Virus record (IMG/VR): IMGVR_UViG_3300044712_001906
Span: 13,883-77,882 of that record
From: a virus
Strand: one strand, 5' to 3'
DNA: 64,000 nt
Positions 18,485 to 27,867 of this stretch are shown piece by piece. Numbering within the stretch: position 1 is the first letter of the stretch; the number at the start of each line of letters is the position of its first letter. Position numbers and translations under genes: made by a program. The notes under the pieces are model-generated. The model saw nothing but the letters and a program-made list of their open reading frames with translations, did no database searches and was not told the origin of the DNA.

Positions 18485-19231
18485 TCACACCCCCTGCTCG
18501 GCATCGGCCGAGACGTGGATCGCTGCGGCCTTGAGCGCTTCTGGCGTCAGGGAGGGGAGGGAGCCAAAGAACTCCGGTACGCCGTGGCTCGCACCGAGCG
18601 CCGGTGCTGCGACAACGAGCCACGCATGCATCGCTTCCATGTAGCTCTGCGCCTGCTGCAAGTAGGCGAGAAGCGGACCGGCGAGCACGAGCCGCTCGGC
18701 AGCCTCTCCGCCGCGGGAGACGCGCAGGACGCCATCGTCCGGCAGCTGCACGCGGGCCGTCGGGTCCTCAGCGTCGCCGAGGTCGAGGGTCCACGCGCCC
18801 CTCGAGTCGAGGATCTGTCGCGTGCCCCCGTTGACCCGCGCGAAGTCGGCAGGCCCGACGTCCCCGGGGTGGTCCTCGGCTTGATCGACGACGGGCGTCC
18901 GCTCGGCGATGGTGGCTTGGGTGTTCTGGAGCGCTCCGACGATGACGGGCGGGTACTTCCCTCGCAGGACGAGCACGACCTGCGTTCCCTCCGGGGTGTC
19001 GGCCCCAATCGGCACGCTGTCGGCGATAGTCTGCGGGTCGGGCGTCGGAGGATCGTAGCCCCACGCGCTCGCGCCCCCGCCGGCGACGACGAAGGGCAGG
19101 TCGTTCCAGCGCTGGGGGCTGTTCGGCACGAAGACGTCAACGAACACGCGCCCGTTGCGGATGCGCACGCGACGCACGTTCGCGATGACGGCGGTCGGCG
19201 GGCTCAGGATGCCGGTGCCGTGCGGTCTCAT
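18485..19231 (-). CDS. Baseplate central spike (gpV/gp45-like)
   Basis: OB-fold-like N-terminus (PEGTQVVLV...PPVIVGAL); position after the hub gene. Confidence 0.65.
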   Translation of the reverse strand: MRPHGTGILSPPTAVIANVRRVRIRNGRVFVDVFVPNSPQRWNDLPFVVAGGGASAWGYDPPTPDPQTIADSVPIGADTPEGTQVVLVLRGKYPPVIVGALQNTQATIAERTPVVDQAEDHPGDVGPADFARVNGGTRQILDSRGAWTLDLGDAEDPTARVQLPDDGVLRVSRGGEAAERLVLAGPLLAYLQQAQSYMEAMHAWLVVAAPALGASHGVPEFFGSLPSLTPEALKAAAIHVSADAEQGV

Positions 19232-21132
19232 CCGATGTTCCAGGCCGGGCGGCGGAGGTTGAAGTCGCCCATCTCCGCGTCCTCGCGCGCGGTCCGCACG
19301 CCGCCGACACCGAGGCGGGGATCAGAGCGCGCCGACTCGTCGAAGAGCCCGCGCGAGTAGCTGACGGTGGTCGTCGAATGGATGGCCGACCCGACGACCG
19401 AGAACTGGTGGGTGACCTCCTCGACGTAGCAGGTCAGCTCCGGGCCCGGAGCGCCGGCAGGCATGCCAACGCGCAGCGGCTCGCCGTGCCGCACCTCCGG
19501 CGAGAAGCCCTTGATGACGATGGTGCCCGACTCGAAGCGCTCGTTGGCGTACATGAACTGGTGCGCCTGAAGCGCGATGGTGCGGATGCCGGTGATGATG
19601 TCGGCGATGTCGCTCGCCTCGGGAGGCATGAAGGGCCACTGCGGCTGGAACATCCGGCAGCCGCGCGTCCAGAGCTGGTTGCCGCCGAAGATGGGCAGTC
19701 CGGCCTCCTTCAGGAAGCGGATCTCCGACTGCGGATCGGTCGGCAGCCCCATCGTGACGAGGGTCACCGAGTCGTCTTCCGACGAGCTGTAGGAGACCTC
19801 GGTGACGCGGTCGGCGACGACGCGGGTCGCCCTGTCGATGTTCCAGGTGGGCTGCTCGAAGAGCGTCAGGTCGAGGTCGGTCGCGGACACGTTCCAGCGA
19901 TGGGATCCGTCCTCGCGGAAGATGTTCATCCGGTCGCGGACCCACCGCGACAGCGGCATCGTCCGCCAGGGGCGCATCCGGTAGACGAGCACGGGGTTGC
20001 GCCCGAGCGCCGAGCCGAGCTTGGACGAGAAGGCCGCCCCGGCCGGCTGGCTCCGCAGCGCCTGCAGCCGCCGCTCACGCTCCTGTGCGACCTCGAGCTC
20101 CGACGGCTCGAGGAGGTCGCGAAGCGACGCGGCGAGGTCCGTGCTTGTTGCCGCCGTGCCAGCGAGGTTGGCGCCAGCGGTGGCGCCCACCGTCTCGGCC
20201 TGCCGCTTCTTCCGGAGCTCATCGCGCACCTGGGCCTCGAGACCGAGGGGCGACGCCTGCGACGGCACGCCGGGGGCCTCGAGGGATGCGAAGAGCTCCA
20301 CCATGTTCGGATCGGCCCCGAAGGTGCCCATGATGATGCTCAGCGCCGTGGCACCGACGGGCCTCACGGCGTGCATGCCCGGGACGCCCCAGCCCGGCAC
20401 CGCTTCGGCCGAGCGGTTCGCGGCGAAGGCCGTCGCCGTCGTCGGGTCGTGGACGACGGACACGGCGTGCCCGAGCTCCTCCTCGCCGAGCGACTTCGGC
20501 AGGACGATCGCGGCGAGGTGCGGTAGGATCTCGCGCAGCGACTCGCCGATGTCCCGGCGCTGGTAGGACGGGAGCGCCGGAACGCTCGCCAACGCCTCTC
20601 GCGGCTGGTCCTGGAACGGGTCAAGGTCGCCCAGGCGGCTCGCGAGCTGCGAGCCCGTCTGCTTGGCGATGGTCGGCATGAGCCGCTTCGTGTCGGCGAC
20701 GGAGAGCAGCGCGTCGAGCCCTCCCTCCCACGCCTCGAGGCCCATCACGCCGCCGAAGCGCGTAGCGCCGAGCTGCGAGAGCACGTAGAGCTCGAGGCTC
20801 CCGAGCACCGCGAGCCACGGCACGGCCTCGACCGTCGTCGGGCGCGAGACGATGGCGCCGGCGGGCCCGGACGCCGTGATGCCTCCGCCCCTGCGCTTCA
20901 CGTACCCGAAGGCGAGCGCATCGCGGGTCACGCCGTCGCGCACGACGATCCAGTCGCCGTGACGCGGCCACACCTCGCGCTGCTGGCTCCGAGGCACCTG
21001 GAGCGTCAGGGAGATCTTGCCCCACGGCTGAGCCACCGCGTGCGACCAGCTGACCGACGTGCACCAGTCCGTCAACTGGATGACGCCGCGGGTGTGCGTG
21101 TGGAGCTCGATGGTCGGAGGCGTGGCGGCCAT
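19228..21132 (-). CDS. Baseplate hub protein (gp27/gpD-like)
   Basis: ATG at 21132 coupled to the TMP stop; SGTIVIKGFSPEVRHG...YVEEVTHQF...TTTVSYSRG hub C-terminus. Confidence 0.72.
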   Translation of the reverse strand: MAATPPTIELHTHTRGVIQLTDWCTSVSWSHAVAQPWGKISLTLQVPRSQQREVWPRHGDWIVVRDGVTRDALAFGYVKRRGGGITASGPAGAIVSRPTTVEAVPWLAVLGSLELYVLSQLGATRFGGVMGLEAWEGGLDALLSVADTKRLMPTIAKQTGSQLASRLGDLDPFQDQPREALASVPALPSYQRRDIGESLREILPHLAAIVLPKSLGEEELGHAVSVVHDPTTATAFAANRSAEAVPGWGVPGMHAVRPVGATALSIIMGTFGADPNMVELFASLEAPGVPSQASPLGLEAQVRDELRKKRQAETVGATAGANLAGTAATSTDLAASLRDLLEPSELEVAQERERRLQALRSQPAGAAFSSKLGSALGRNPVLVYRMRPWRTMPLSRWVRDRMNIFREDGSHRWNVSATDLDLTLFEQPTWNIDRATRVVADRVTEVSYSSSEDDSVTLVTMGLPTDPQSEIRFLKEAGLPIFGGNQLWTRGCRMFQPQWPFMPPEASDIADIITGIRTIALQAHQFMYANERFESGTIVIKGFSPEVRHGEPLRVGMPAGAPGPELTCYVEEVTHQFSVVGSAIHSTTTVSYSRGLFDESARSDPRLGVGGVRTAREDAEMGDFNLRRPAWNIG

Positions 21133-22634
21133 CAGTGCACCGCTCCCTTCACCGCGTCGATGACCGTGTCGAACCCGCTCTTGATGGAGTCGCGGACGCT
21201 GCCGACCGTGTCCTTCACCGCATCGACCGCGATGGTCGAGACGAAGTCCGAGAGCTTCCCGCTCCGGATGGCGTCCGCGAGCTTGTTGACCGCATCGACC
21301 GATGCCGCGCCCAGAGCGGTCATCGCTCGGTTGACGCCGGCCTCGGCGACCACGACGTCGCCCCACTGCTTGTCGGAGGCGCTGTTGATCTTCGACCACT
21401 CGGCGGCTGCGATGGTGGTCGACAGGCCGTAGTTGGCGCCCGTGAACCGAGCCGACTTGCCGGCCGACGCCTCGCTCCCGGAGAGGTTGACGACGCCGCG
21501 AGCCGCGTCCGACCCGATGCCGAGCGACGCCATCGCGGCGAACTGTCCGGCCGAGCCCGTGCCGGCGTAGGCCCCGAGCGCCAGGTTCGGGTCGGTCATC
21601 ATCCGCTCGTAGCCCTGCATGAGCCCGCCGAAGCCTGGCCCGCCGAGTCTCGCGGCGTTGCGGAGCATGTAGGCCTCGCTCAGGCTGCCGAAGCCGGCCA
21701 AGAGCCCCGCGCGGCCCTGCCCTGCAAGCCCGGTGGCGCGTGCTGCAAGCTGCGGCTGCAGCGTGCCCATGCCGGCGAGGCCCGGCGTGTTCTCCATGCG
21801 TCCGGTCGCCCGGTTGAAGGCGTCGAGGTCCATCTTGAGGCCCTGGGACGCCATCTGGGACGTGGCGCCAGCGATGGTGGCAAGCCATCGATCCAGCGAC
21901 GAGCCGCGAAGCCCCTGCGAGAAGGCCTGACGCAGCGCGGCCTGCGCGTCTCCGTTCTTCCCGCCGCCGCCGGCGCCCATGGAGCCCGCGTAGCCAGCGA
22001 TGGCGCCCATGGACGCGCCAGAGAAGCCAGCGAGGTGGAGCGGGTTCATCCCGCCCATGCCGATGTCGGACGCGCCCACCATGCCCCGGGAGCGCGCGAA
22101 CTGGAGCTGCATCGCCGACGACTCGCCCGGCGTGAGGCCGAACTGCGTGCCGATGGCGCCCATGCCGGCGCCGCTGAGGCCCGCTACCTGGGCGTTGGCG
22201 ATGTTCTTCTGGACGCTCGCGCGGTTGACGGCGTTCTGGTAGCCGGTCGCGATGGCGTTCGGGATGAGGCCGCCGGCGAGCCCGAGGATGCCCCCGAGCC
22301 CGCGGAGAGCGGTCCCGCCAGCGCCACCCACGCGGTCGGCCAGCTTGTTCGCGCCGTAGCTGCCGGCGAGGAGAGCGCCCCCGGCGACCGCGCCGTAGGG
22401 GTTCGACGCAAGGTGACCAGCGAGATAGCCGGCGCCGGCCATCATCGCCGTGCCGATGCCTCCGCGCCCCGCCTGTCCGGCCCGTCCGCCTCCGGCCGAC
22501 CCGCCGCCTCCGAGCGCCTTCCCTGCCGCGTCCGCGGCACGGTCAAGCGACCGCTCGACGCCTTGGATCGCCTGCTGCGCCTTTCGGGTGTCGGCGTTGA
22601 CCTCGAGCGTTACCTTGTGGCGGGTCTCACCCAC
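21132..22634 (-). CDS. Tape measure protein (short, 500 aa)
   Basis: Gly/Ala-rich helical protein after the chaperones; HKVTLEVNADTRKA N-terminus. Confidence 0.8.
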   Translation of the reverse strand: MGETRHKVTLEVNADTRKAQQAIQGVERSLDRAADAAGKALGGGGSAGGGRAGQAGRGGIGTAMMAGAGYLAGHLASNPYGAVAGGALLAGSYGANKLADRVGGAGGTALRGLGGILGLAGGLIPNAIATGYQNAVNRASVQKNIANAQVAGLSGAGMGAIGTQFGLTPGESSAMQLQFARSRGMVGASDIGMGGMNPLHLAGFSGASMGAIAGYAGSMGAGGGGKNGDAQAALRQAFSQGLRGSSLDRWLATIAGATSQMASQGLKMDLDAFNRATGRMENTPGLAGMGTLQPQLAARATGLAGQGRAGLLAGFGSLSEAYMLRNAARLGGPGFGGLMQGYERMMTDPNLALGAYAGTGSAGQFAAMASLGIGSDAARGVVNLSGSEASAGKSARFTGANYGLSTTIAAAEWSKINSASDKQWGDVVVAEAGVNRAMTALGAASVDAVNKLADAIRSGKLSDFVSTIAVDAVKDTVGSVRDSIKSGFDTVIDAVKGAVH

Positions 22635-22926
22635 GGCGCTCCTCCTCCCACGCCTCGCGTTCGAGCGCGTCCCACTGCGGATCCCCGAGGAGCACCGGCC
22701 CCTTGTCGGCCTGCGACTTCGCCGCGGCCGTCATCCGGGCCTTCTCCATCGCGGACCACTCCGCGTCGGAGAGCCGCATGAGCACCGCTTCGGCCTCGTC
22801 GGCTGCGGCGAGGTCGGGCATCAAGGGGTGCGTCCGGCTACGCGGCGGCTCCGGCCAGGCCATGCGCGACCACCTCCAGCCGGCGGCCGCCCGCGCCCTC
22901 CTGACCCGCTCCTCCGTCTCTGCGAA
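22627..22926 (-). CDS. Tail assembly chaperone C-terminal (T-like) part, reached by +1 frameshift
   Basis: The +1 frame is open from TTC (22926) to 22627: FAETEERVRRARAAAGWRWSRMAWPEPP... Confidence 0.6.
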   Translation of the reverse strand, partial: FAETEERVRRARAAAGWRWSRMAWPEPPRSRTHPLMPDLAAADEAEAVLMRLSDAEWSAMEKARMTAAAKSQADKGPVLLGDPQWDALEREAWEEERRG

Positions 22927-23326
22927 AGTAGCGGGCGGTGTGCGCCTCCGTGATGGCGAAGAGCCGGCCGAGTAGCTCCTCGTCCTCGCCGATGGCCTCG
23001 AGGAGCCAGTCAGGCACTTCGCGGAGCTGCGTCGCGACCGAGACCAGCGCCCAGATCTGGGACTGCGCCGCGGGCGGGAGATGCTCCCAGGGCATGCCGG
23101 CGCACGCCGCGGCCCATCGGTCGCGCTTCACGAGCTCGTCGCGCGTCATGATGCGCGAGACGACGGTCGCGCGGTGGAGCTCTCCCGACAGCGGGTGCTC
23201 CCAGGCGACAACGACGTCGAGGTCGCGCGGCACGAGCGGCTTCGTCTCCGGCACCTGCTCCGCCGGGGGCTCCCCGCGGTTCATGCGTCGGAGGTCGACA
23301 GTCCCGAGGCTCGGAGGCTTCGTCAT
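22838..23326 (-). CDS. Tail assembly chaperone (G-like)
   Basis: Lies between tube and TMP; contains the YFR slippery site. Confidence 0.75.
   Translation of the reverse strand: MTKPPSLGTVDLRRMNRGEPPAEQVPETKPLVPRDLDVVVAWEHPLSGELHRATVVSRIMTRDELVKRDRWAAACAGMPWEHLPPAAQSQIWALVSVATQLREVPDWLLEAIGEDEELLGRLFAITEAHTARYFRRDGGAGQEGAGGRRLEVVAHGLAGAAA
22922..22930 (-). other. Putative +1 programmed ribosomal frameshift site TAC TTT CGC
   Basis: In-frame TTT (uncommon in this TTC-dominated genome) followed by C; a +1 shift joins the two chaperone ORFs. Confidence 0.65.
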
Positions 23327-23350
23327 GGTCTCGGCCCACCCCTTCCTGCG

Positions 23351-23779
23351 CTACGCCGTCTGCTCGTCGAACACGGTGATGCCGACGCCGCCGACGTCGG
23401 ACATCAGCACGCCGCCGAGGCTCAGGTTCGTGCCGACGCTCTGGATGCGCGCGCCCTCGACCTTCAGGATCGGCGCGTCCTCCTTGCGGTTCCAGAGCTC
23501 GAGCGTCATCTTCGGGAAGCGCAGCACGTCGAGCGTGCCGCCCCGAGGCATGACGCCGAGCTCGCCGAACGAGCGCTTGTAGACGCGGACGAACCCGGCC
23601 GACCACGAGACGGAGCGCGCGTTGGGCACGTGCTCGATGGGGTCGATCTCTCCGAGCTCGCGCACCTCGGCGTGGTCGATCGTCTCGTTGACCGAGACGG
23701 ACTGGCAGTGCCCGACCTTCCGGCCGTTGAACTTGAGCCAGGCGCCCGCCGAACCTACCGCACGTCCCTCGTCGGCCAT
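23351..23779 (-). CDS. Tail tube protein (phage K/SPO1-type)
   Basis: GRKVGHCQS...VRELGEIDPIEHV parallels the recalled Herelleviridae tube motif GRAQS...VYEIGSIMPQEHV. Confidence 0.88.
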   Translation of the reverse strand: MADEGRAVGSAGAWLKFNGRKVGHCQSVSVNETIDHAEVRELGEIDPIEHVPNARSVSWSAGFVRVYKRSFGELGVMPRGGTLDVLRFPKMTLELWNRKEDAPILKVEGARIQSVGTNLSLGGVLMSDVGGVGITVFDEQTA

Positions 23780-23794
23780 GGTCTGACCTCCCTG

Positions 23795-25765
23795 CTACTG
23801 GATGACCGTCGTCGCGTGGACGGCGTGGCTGTTGAGCACGACGAACTTCTTCGTGATGCGCGGCGCGTAGTCCCAGTCGCCCACGAGCACTTCGCCCTCG
23901 TCGCGGATGGTCGCGGAGCGGTCGTCGAACGAGACGATCCGCCCGTCGGCCACCTGCTGACGGAGCACCTTCTTGAGCAGCGTGAGGGCGGCCGCGGCAT
24001 CGGTGTCCTCGTCCGCCACGAGGACGCGCATGGCCTCCCGGGTCTCGCGCACGTGTGTCAGGCAGCCCTCGACGGTTGCGCCGTCGCTGAGCGCCGGGTT
24101 GTCGTCCTCCTGCCAAGTCGTGAGGTCGTCCTCGACGCGCCAGCCGACCTCGTCCTCGGTCAGGATGACGGCGCGCATCTCGAGCATCTCCTCGACCTCG
24201 GACGCCGGCGTCCAGTCGGCGCCCTGCCGCACGCCGATGACGCGCGGGCGCTTCCAGGTGAGCGACGTGCCGACGTTGACCCCGGCCTGCATGCCGCAGA
24301 GCATGAGGGCGAGCCGATTCGGCTCCACCCACGATCTGCGGCCGCGGTAGTCGACGAGCTCCACTTCCTGCGCCACGAGCTTCGCGTACTGCGAGTTGAG
24401 CCCGTTCAGGCGAGCGCGGATCTGGTCCCGGGTCTCGTCGGGCTCGGTGCCGAGCCAGGCCTGACGCTCCGAGCTGCCGGCGACGTCGACGCAGTGCGCG
24501 AGAGCCTTGGCGTGCACGGTCGAGTCCTGAGAGTCGAGCCAGAGCAGGTGGATGGGCAGGTTCTCGAGCGACGCGAGCGCGGTCTCGTAGTCGTCCGCGT
24601 CAGGAGCGGCGGCCGACCCGCCGGAAAGGTAGCTCGCCACCAGCGCCACCGGTGGCTTGGTCGCGTTCGCCGCCCGCTCCACCTCGACGAGCGAGGAGGC
24701 ACCGAGGGCCGTCTCGATCGCCCAGAGGTCAGCCTTGAGCGAGATCGTGGCGGCCTTGATGCTCCCTCCGGCCGTCTCGTCGAGCTCGTCGAGCCCGATG
24801 ACGGCGGCCTTGGCGCTGACGATGGTCGCGTCGAACCCCTTGCCGGAGTAGTGGTTGATGTGGTCGGCGGCATCCTTGGCCGTCGGGTACTGCGCGAGCT
24901 GCAGGTCGAACGCCCGGCCTTCGATGGTGAAGGTCGGCGCGGCGGCTCCTGTCTCGGCGAACACGATCGTCGTGACCGCGTTCCAGGACTTCGTCGACGT
25001 CTTGAAGACCGCGTCACCGGCAAGCCAGGTCAGCGTCTCCGTCTCCGGGGAGCCCGTGGCGCGGTTGATGCCGCTGATGACCGCCGTGAACTGCTTGTCG
25101 GCCGCGGGAGCGCCAGACGGGGTGATCTTGATGGTCCCGTCGAACGCCATCTTGCTCGGCGTGTAGGTGCCGAGCGCGATGGTCGTCTTGGTGTAGCTGA
25201 TGCGCAGGCCGGTCGAAGGCGCGTAGGTGAGCGCCATCGTCGTCGCCTCCGTCTCGTCGTAGGTGACCGACAGGACGAGGCCCGAGCCGATCTTGGTGAA
25301 GCGCTCCACCTTCGCGTCGCGCTCGAGGGTGTAGTCCCACTTCGTCGCGTCGCCGGTGTTGGCCGCGACCGTCACCTTGATGCGGTTGCCCGCGTAGCCC
25401 CATCGCTTCGCGTTGACGACCAGGGATCCGGCGCCTCCGGCGTCGAGCAACGTCCTGGTCGCCTGCGTCGTGACGCCGGCGCCGACGAGGTAGACCCGCG
25501 ACGGTGCGCCGCGCACGGCCTGGTCATTCGAGGGCGAGTAGATGATGTCGACGAGCTCCTTCAGGAGCTCGCTCCCGGGCTCGACGGCGAGGAGCGACGA
25601 CGGGCTCATCGCCATGACGGGCGCGGCCTGCTCGAGGAAGGGGAAGTCCCCCACGAGCGCCACAGACTTGCCTCCTGGCGACTGGCCGCCGAGGGCGGAG
25701 ACGTCCGAGGTGCTGTAGACGCCGGGGCGCCGGGTGACGCGACCGTTGACGTTGACCGAGCCCAT
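23795..25765 (-). CDS. Contractile tail sheath protein
   Basis: RRPGVYSTSDVSALG N-terminus; LSGGS, SLTWK, VEDDLTTWQ; 656 aa directly upstream of the tube gene. Confidence 0.92.
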   Translation of the reverse strand: MGSVNVNGRVTRRPGVYSTSDVSALGGQSPGGKSVALVGDFPFLEQAAPVMAMSPSSLLAVEPGSELLKELVDIIYSPSNDQAVRGAPSRVYLVGAGVTTQATRTLLDAGGAGSLVVNAKRWGYAGNRIKVTVAANTGDATKWDYTLERDAKVERFTKIGSGLVLSVTYDETEATTMALTYAPSTGLRISYTKTTIALGTYTPSKMAFDGTIKITPSGAPAADKQFTAVISGINRATGSPETETLTWLAGDAVFKTSTKSWNAVTTIVFAETGAAAPTFTIEGRAFDLQLAQYPTAKDAADHINHYSGKGFDATIVSAKAAVIGLDELDETAGGSIKAATISLKADLWAIETALGASSLVEVERAANATKPPVALVASYLSGGSAAAPDADDYETALASLENLPIHLLWLDSQDSTVHAKALAHCVDVAGSSERQAWLGTEPDETRDQIRARLNGLNSQYAKLVAQEVELVDYRGRRSWVEPNRLALMLCGMQAGVNVGTSLTWKRPRVIGVRQGADWTPASEVEEMLEMRAVILTEDEVGWRVEDDLTTWQEDDNPALSDGATVEGCLTHVRETREAMRVLVADEDTDAAAALTLLKKVLRQQVADGRIVSFDDRSATIRDEGEVLVGDWDYAPRITKKFVVLNSHAVHATTVIQ

Positions 25766-26395
25766 CTAGCCCTCCGTGACCGGATTGGCGCCGCCCTCGA
25801 CGCCGTTGATGCGCACGCCCCTCGCGGCGATGAGGAGCGGCCTGCGAATGGTGACCGTCTGCGACGGTGACTGCTCTTTGGCCGTGGCCCGCCAGCGCTG
25901 GGTGCGCGAGAAGGGGATCTGCGCCTCGAGGTTCGCCTCGAGCGCGAGGTCTCCGCCGCCCTCGAAGTGGACGTTGTCGTAGCCCGCGGAGATGAGGCTG
26001 AGCGTCGCGCGCATCATCAGGTGCCGCACGATGGTGTGGAGCGCCCGCGCCTGCTCCTGGCTCTCGCCGATGACCATGATGACGGCCACCTGGTCGATGA
26101 GCATGGAGAGCCACGTCCGGCCGTCGTCGTCCTCCTCCTCTTCGGAGAAGCCGAGGGCCTGCGACCGGTCGGTGTCCTCTTGGAGCAGCACGAGGACCTT
26201 GGGCGGCCCCTCGGGGTCGAGCTGGAAGCCCGAGGAGAAGTTCAGGCGGCCGGAGAGCGACGCGTGCCACTCCGCGATGACGTCGTCTGGCACGCGGCCT
26301 GAGAAGAGCCGTGCGAGGTCGTCGACGTTCCGCGACACGTCCGCCCACTCCTGTTGGAGCGCGGTCAGCACGTGCAGGTCGAAGAAGGCCGACAT
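25766..26395 (-). CDS. Tail completion/terminator-like protein
   Basis: Position before the sheath; coding-like composition. Confidence 0.65.
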   Translation of the reverse strand: MSAFFDLHVLTALQQEWADVSRNVDDLARLFSGRVPDDVIAEWHASLSGRLNFSSGFQLDPEGPPKVLVLLQEDTDRSQALGFSEEEEDDDGRTWLSMLIDQVAVIMVIGESQEQARALHTIVRHLMMRATLSLISAGYDNVHFEGGGDLALEANLEAQIPFSRTQRWRATAKEQSPSQTVTIRRPLLIAARGVRINGVEGGANPVTEG

Positions 26396-27058
26396 CTACG
26401 GGATCTCCGACAGGATCTGCGGGATCTTCGCCAAGACCGCGGCGGCGATGTTCCGCGCCTTCACGCCCTTGACGATCCAGGGCTTGCCGCCCTGGGACAT
26501 CGTCCGCCAATTGCGGTAGGTCGACTGCGTGGCGCCGGCGTAGGTCTTCTGCATCCGGACGAGACCGGCGAGCTTGCCTCCGCCGCCGAGCCGCCCGCCC
26601 CAGATCGTAGGACTACCCGGGGCCGACGTGGACGGCTTGAGCGCCTGCGCCGCCTTCACGGCGCCCTTGCCGCCGACCGCCGCGATGGACTGCTCGGTGA
26701 AGCCCTGCGGGATGTTCACGTAGAACCACCCGCCCTTGGACATCTTGAGCGACTTCGTCCCGGGCTTGAGCACGAACTTGCGCAGGTCGAACTGCCCCTG
26801 CGTACCGATGCCGCCGGGTCCCATGCCGAGCTCGACGAGGCTCGGGAGCATCCCGGTGAGCGCGATCACGGCCTTGCTGCCCTTGATCGACTCGATGTTG
26901 ATGCCGCGCTGGTAGGCCGCCAGCGTCGTGCCGAGGACGCGCGCCGCCTCGCGCTGCCAGAGGCCCACGACGGCGTGGGCGAGAGTGCTGATGCGCGACT
27001 TCTGCCCGGACTGGTCGAGGCCGAGGATCTTCGCGAGGTCGATGCGGGGGACGCCCAC
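26396..27058 (-). CDS. Neck/tail completion protein (basic)
   Basis: GGWFYVNIP...GLVRMQK...STYRNWRTMS...WI, similar to recalled Herelleviridae neck-region proteins. Confidence 0.7.
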   Translation of the reverse strand: MGVPRIDLAKILGLDQSGQKSRISTLAHAVVGLWQREAARVLGTTLAAYQRGINIESIKGSKAVIALTGMLPSLVELGMGPGGIGTQGQFDLRKFVLKPGTKSLKMSKGGWFYVNIPQGFTEQSIAAVGGKGAVKAAQALKPSTSAPGSPTIWGGRLGGGGKLAGLVRMQKTYAGATQSTYRNWRTMSQGGKPWIVKGVKARNIAAAVLAKIPQILSEIP

Positions 27059-27060
27059 GG

Positions 27061-27867
27061 CTACGCCCTCCCCGAGAAGTAGAAGTCGAGGCGCGCGTCG
27101 ACCTGAACGGGGAGCATCGTCAGGAGGGGCTCAGGCGCCTTCGCGGCCACGCGCGTGACTCGCGTCACATGCGGGATGCTCTCGACGACGTACCTCGGAT
27201 TCGTGAAGTAGGACGCGGCGAACCATCCGCCCACGGGAGGCGCGGTCCCGAGCGCGTCGCCCTTCGTCCAGTCGAGCTTGCCGTCGACGGTGACCTCGAA
27301 GTCCGTGCCGTCGGAGAGCTCTCCCGGCATCAGGACGCCGTCCTCGCCCGAGCGCCGGCAGTAGAGCACGGCGACGTCGAGGTTCTCCGGGACGGTCGGA
27401 TCTGCCTCGGTCCCAACCTGGACGGTGTGCCGCACGATGGGCGCCCGCACCGCGTCGACGGTGCCCACGCGCTGGCGCACCTCGCGGTAGACCATGAAGT
27501 AGTCGAGGACCGTGAACCGGTCCTGGAAGCTCGGCAGATGCTCGCCGAGGAGCGTGATGCGCACCATCCCGTTCGCGTTGACGCCGTACTGCTCGATCTT
27601 GTCGTGCGTCTCCGCGCCCAGGACGACCGCGCGCACCTCGTTCGGCGAGTGGTAGATGAGGCCGCTCCCCTGGCACTCGATGCAGCCCTCGCGCGGCTCC
27701 GAGGTGGCCGCAGACCGTCCGGCCGACGAGAAGATGCGGCGGCAGGGGCACGCGGCGGCCTGCTCCCAGACGACGCGGAGCCCCTTCATCCAGATCTCGT
27801 CGCGGATCATCTTCGGATCGATGTCGACCCGCATGGACTTGATGGGCTTGAGGCCGCGGAAGATCAC
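27061..27867 (-). CDS. Head-tail connector (stopper/neck) protein
   Basis: VWEQAAACPC...CIECQGSG motif of phage K-like neck proteins. Confidence 0.78.
   Translation of the reverse strand: MIFRGLKPIKSMRVDIDPKMIRDEIWMKGLRVVWEQAAACPCRRIFSSAGRSAATSEPREGCIECQGSGLIYHSPNEVRAVVLGAETHDKIEQYGVNANGMVRITLLGEHLPSFQDRFTVLDYFMVYREVRQRVGTVDAVRAPIVRHTVQVGTEADPTVPENLDVAVLYCRRSGEDGVLMPGELSDGTDFEVTVDGKLDWTKGDALGTAPPVGGWFAASYFTNPRYVVESIPHVTRVTRVAAKAPEPLLTMLPVQVDARLDFYFSGRA

Noticed and set aside
25763-26398. In-frame TAG-ATG junctions linking neck, terminator and sheath genes, suggesting amber recoding
   Set aside because: Each downstream ATG has a GGAG(G) SD and each protein has its expected standalone size. 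No genes are interrupted by internal TAG, and no suppressor tRNA is seen.
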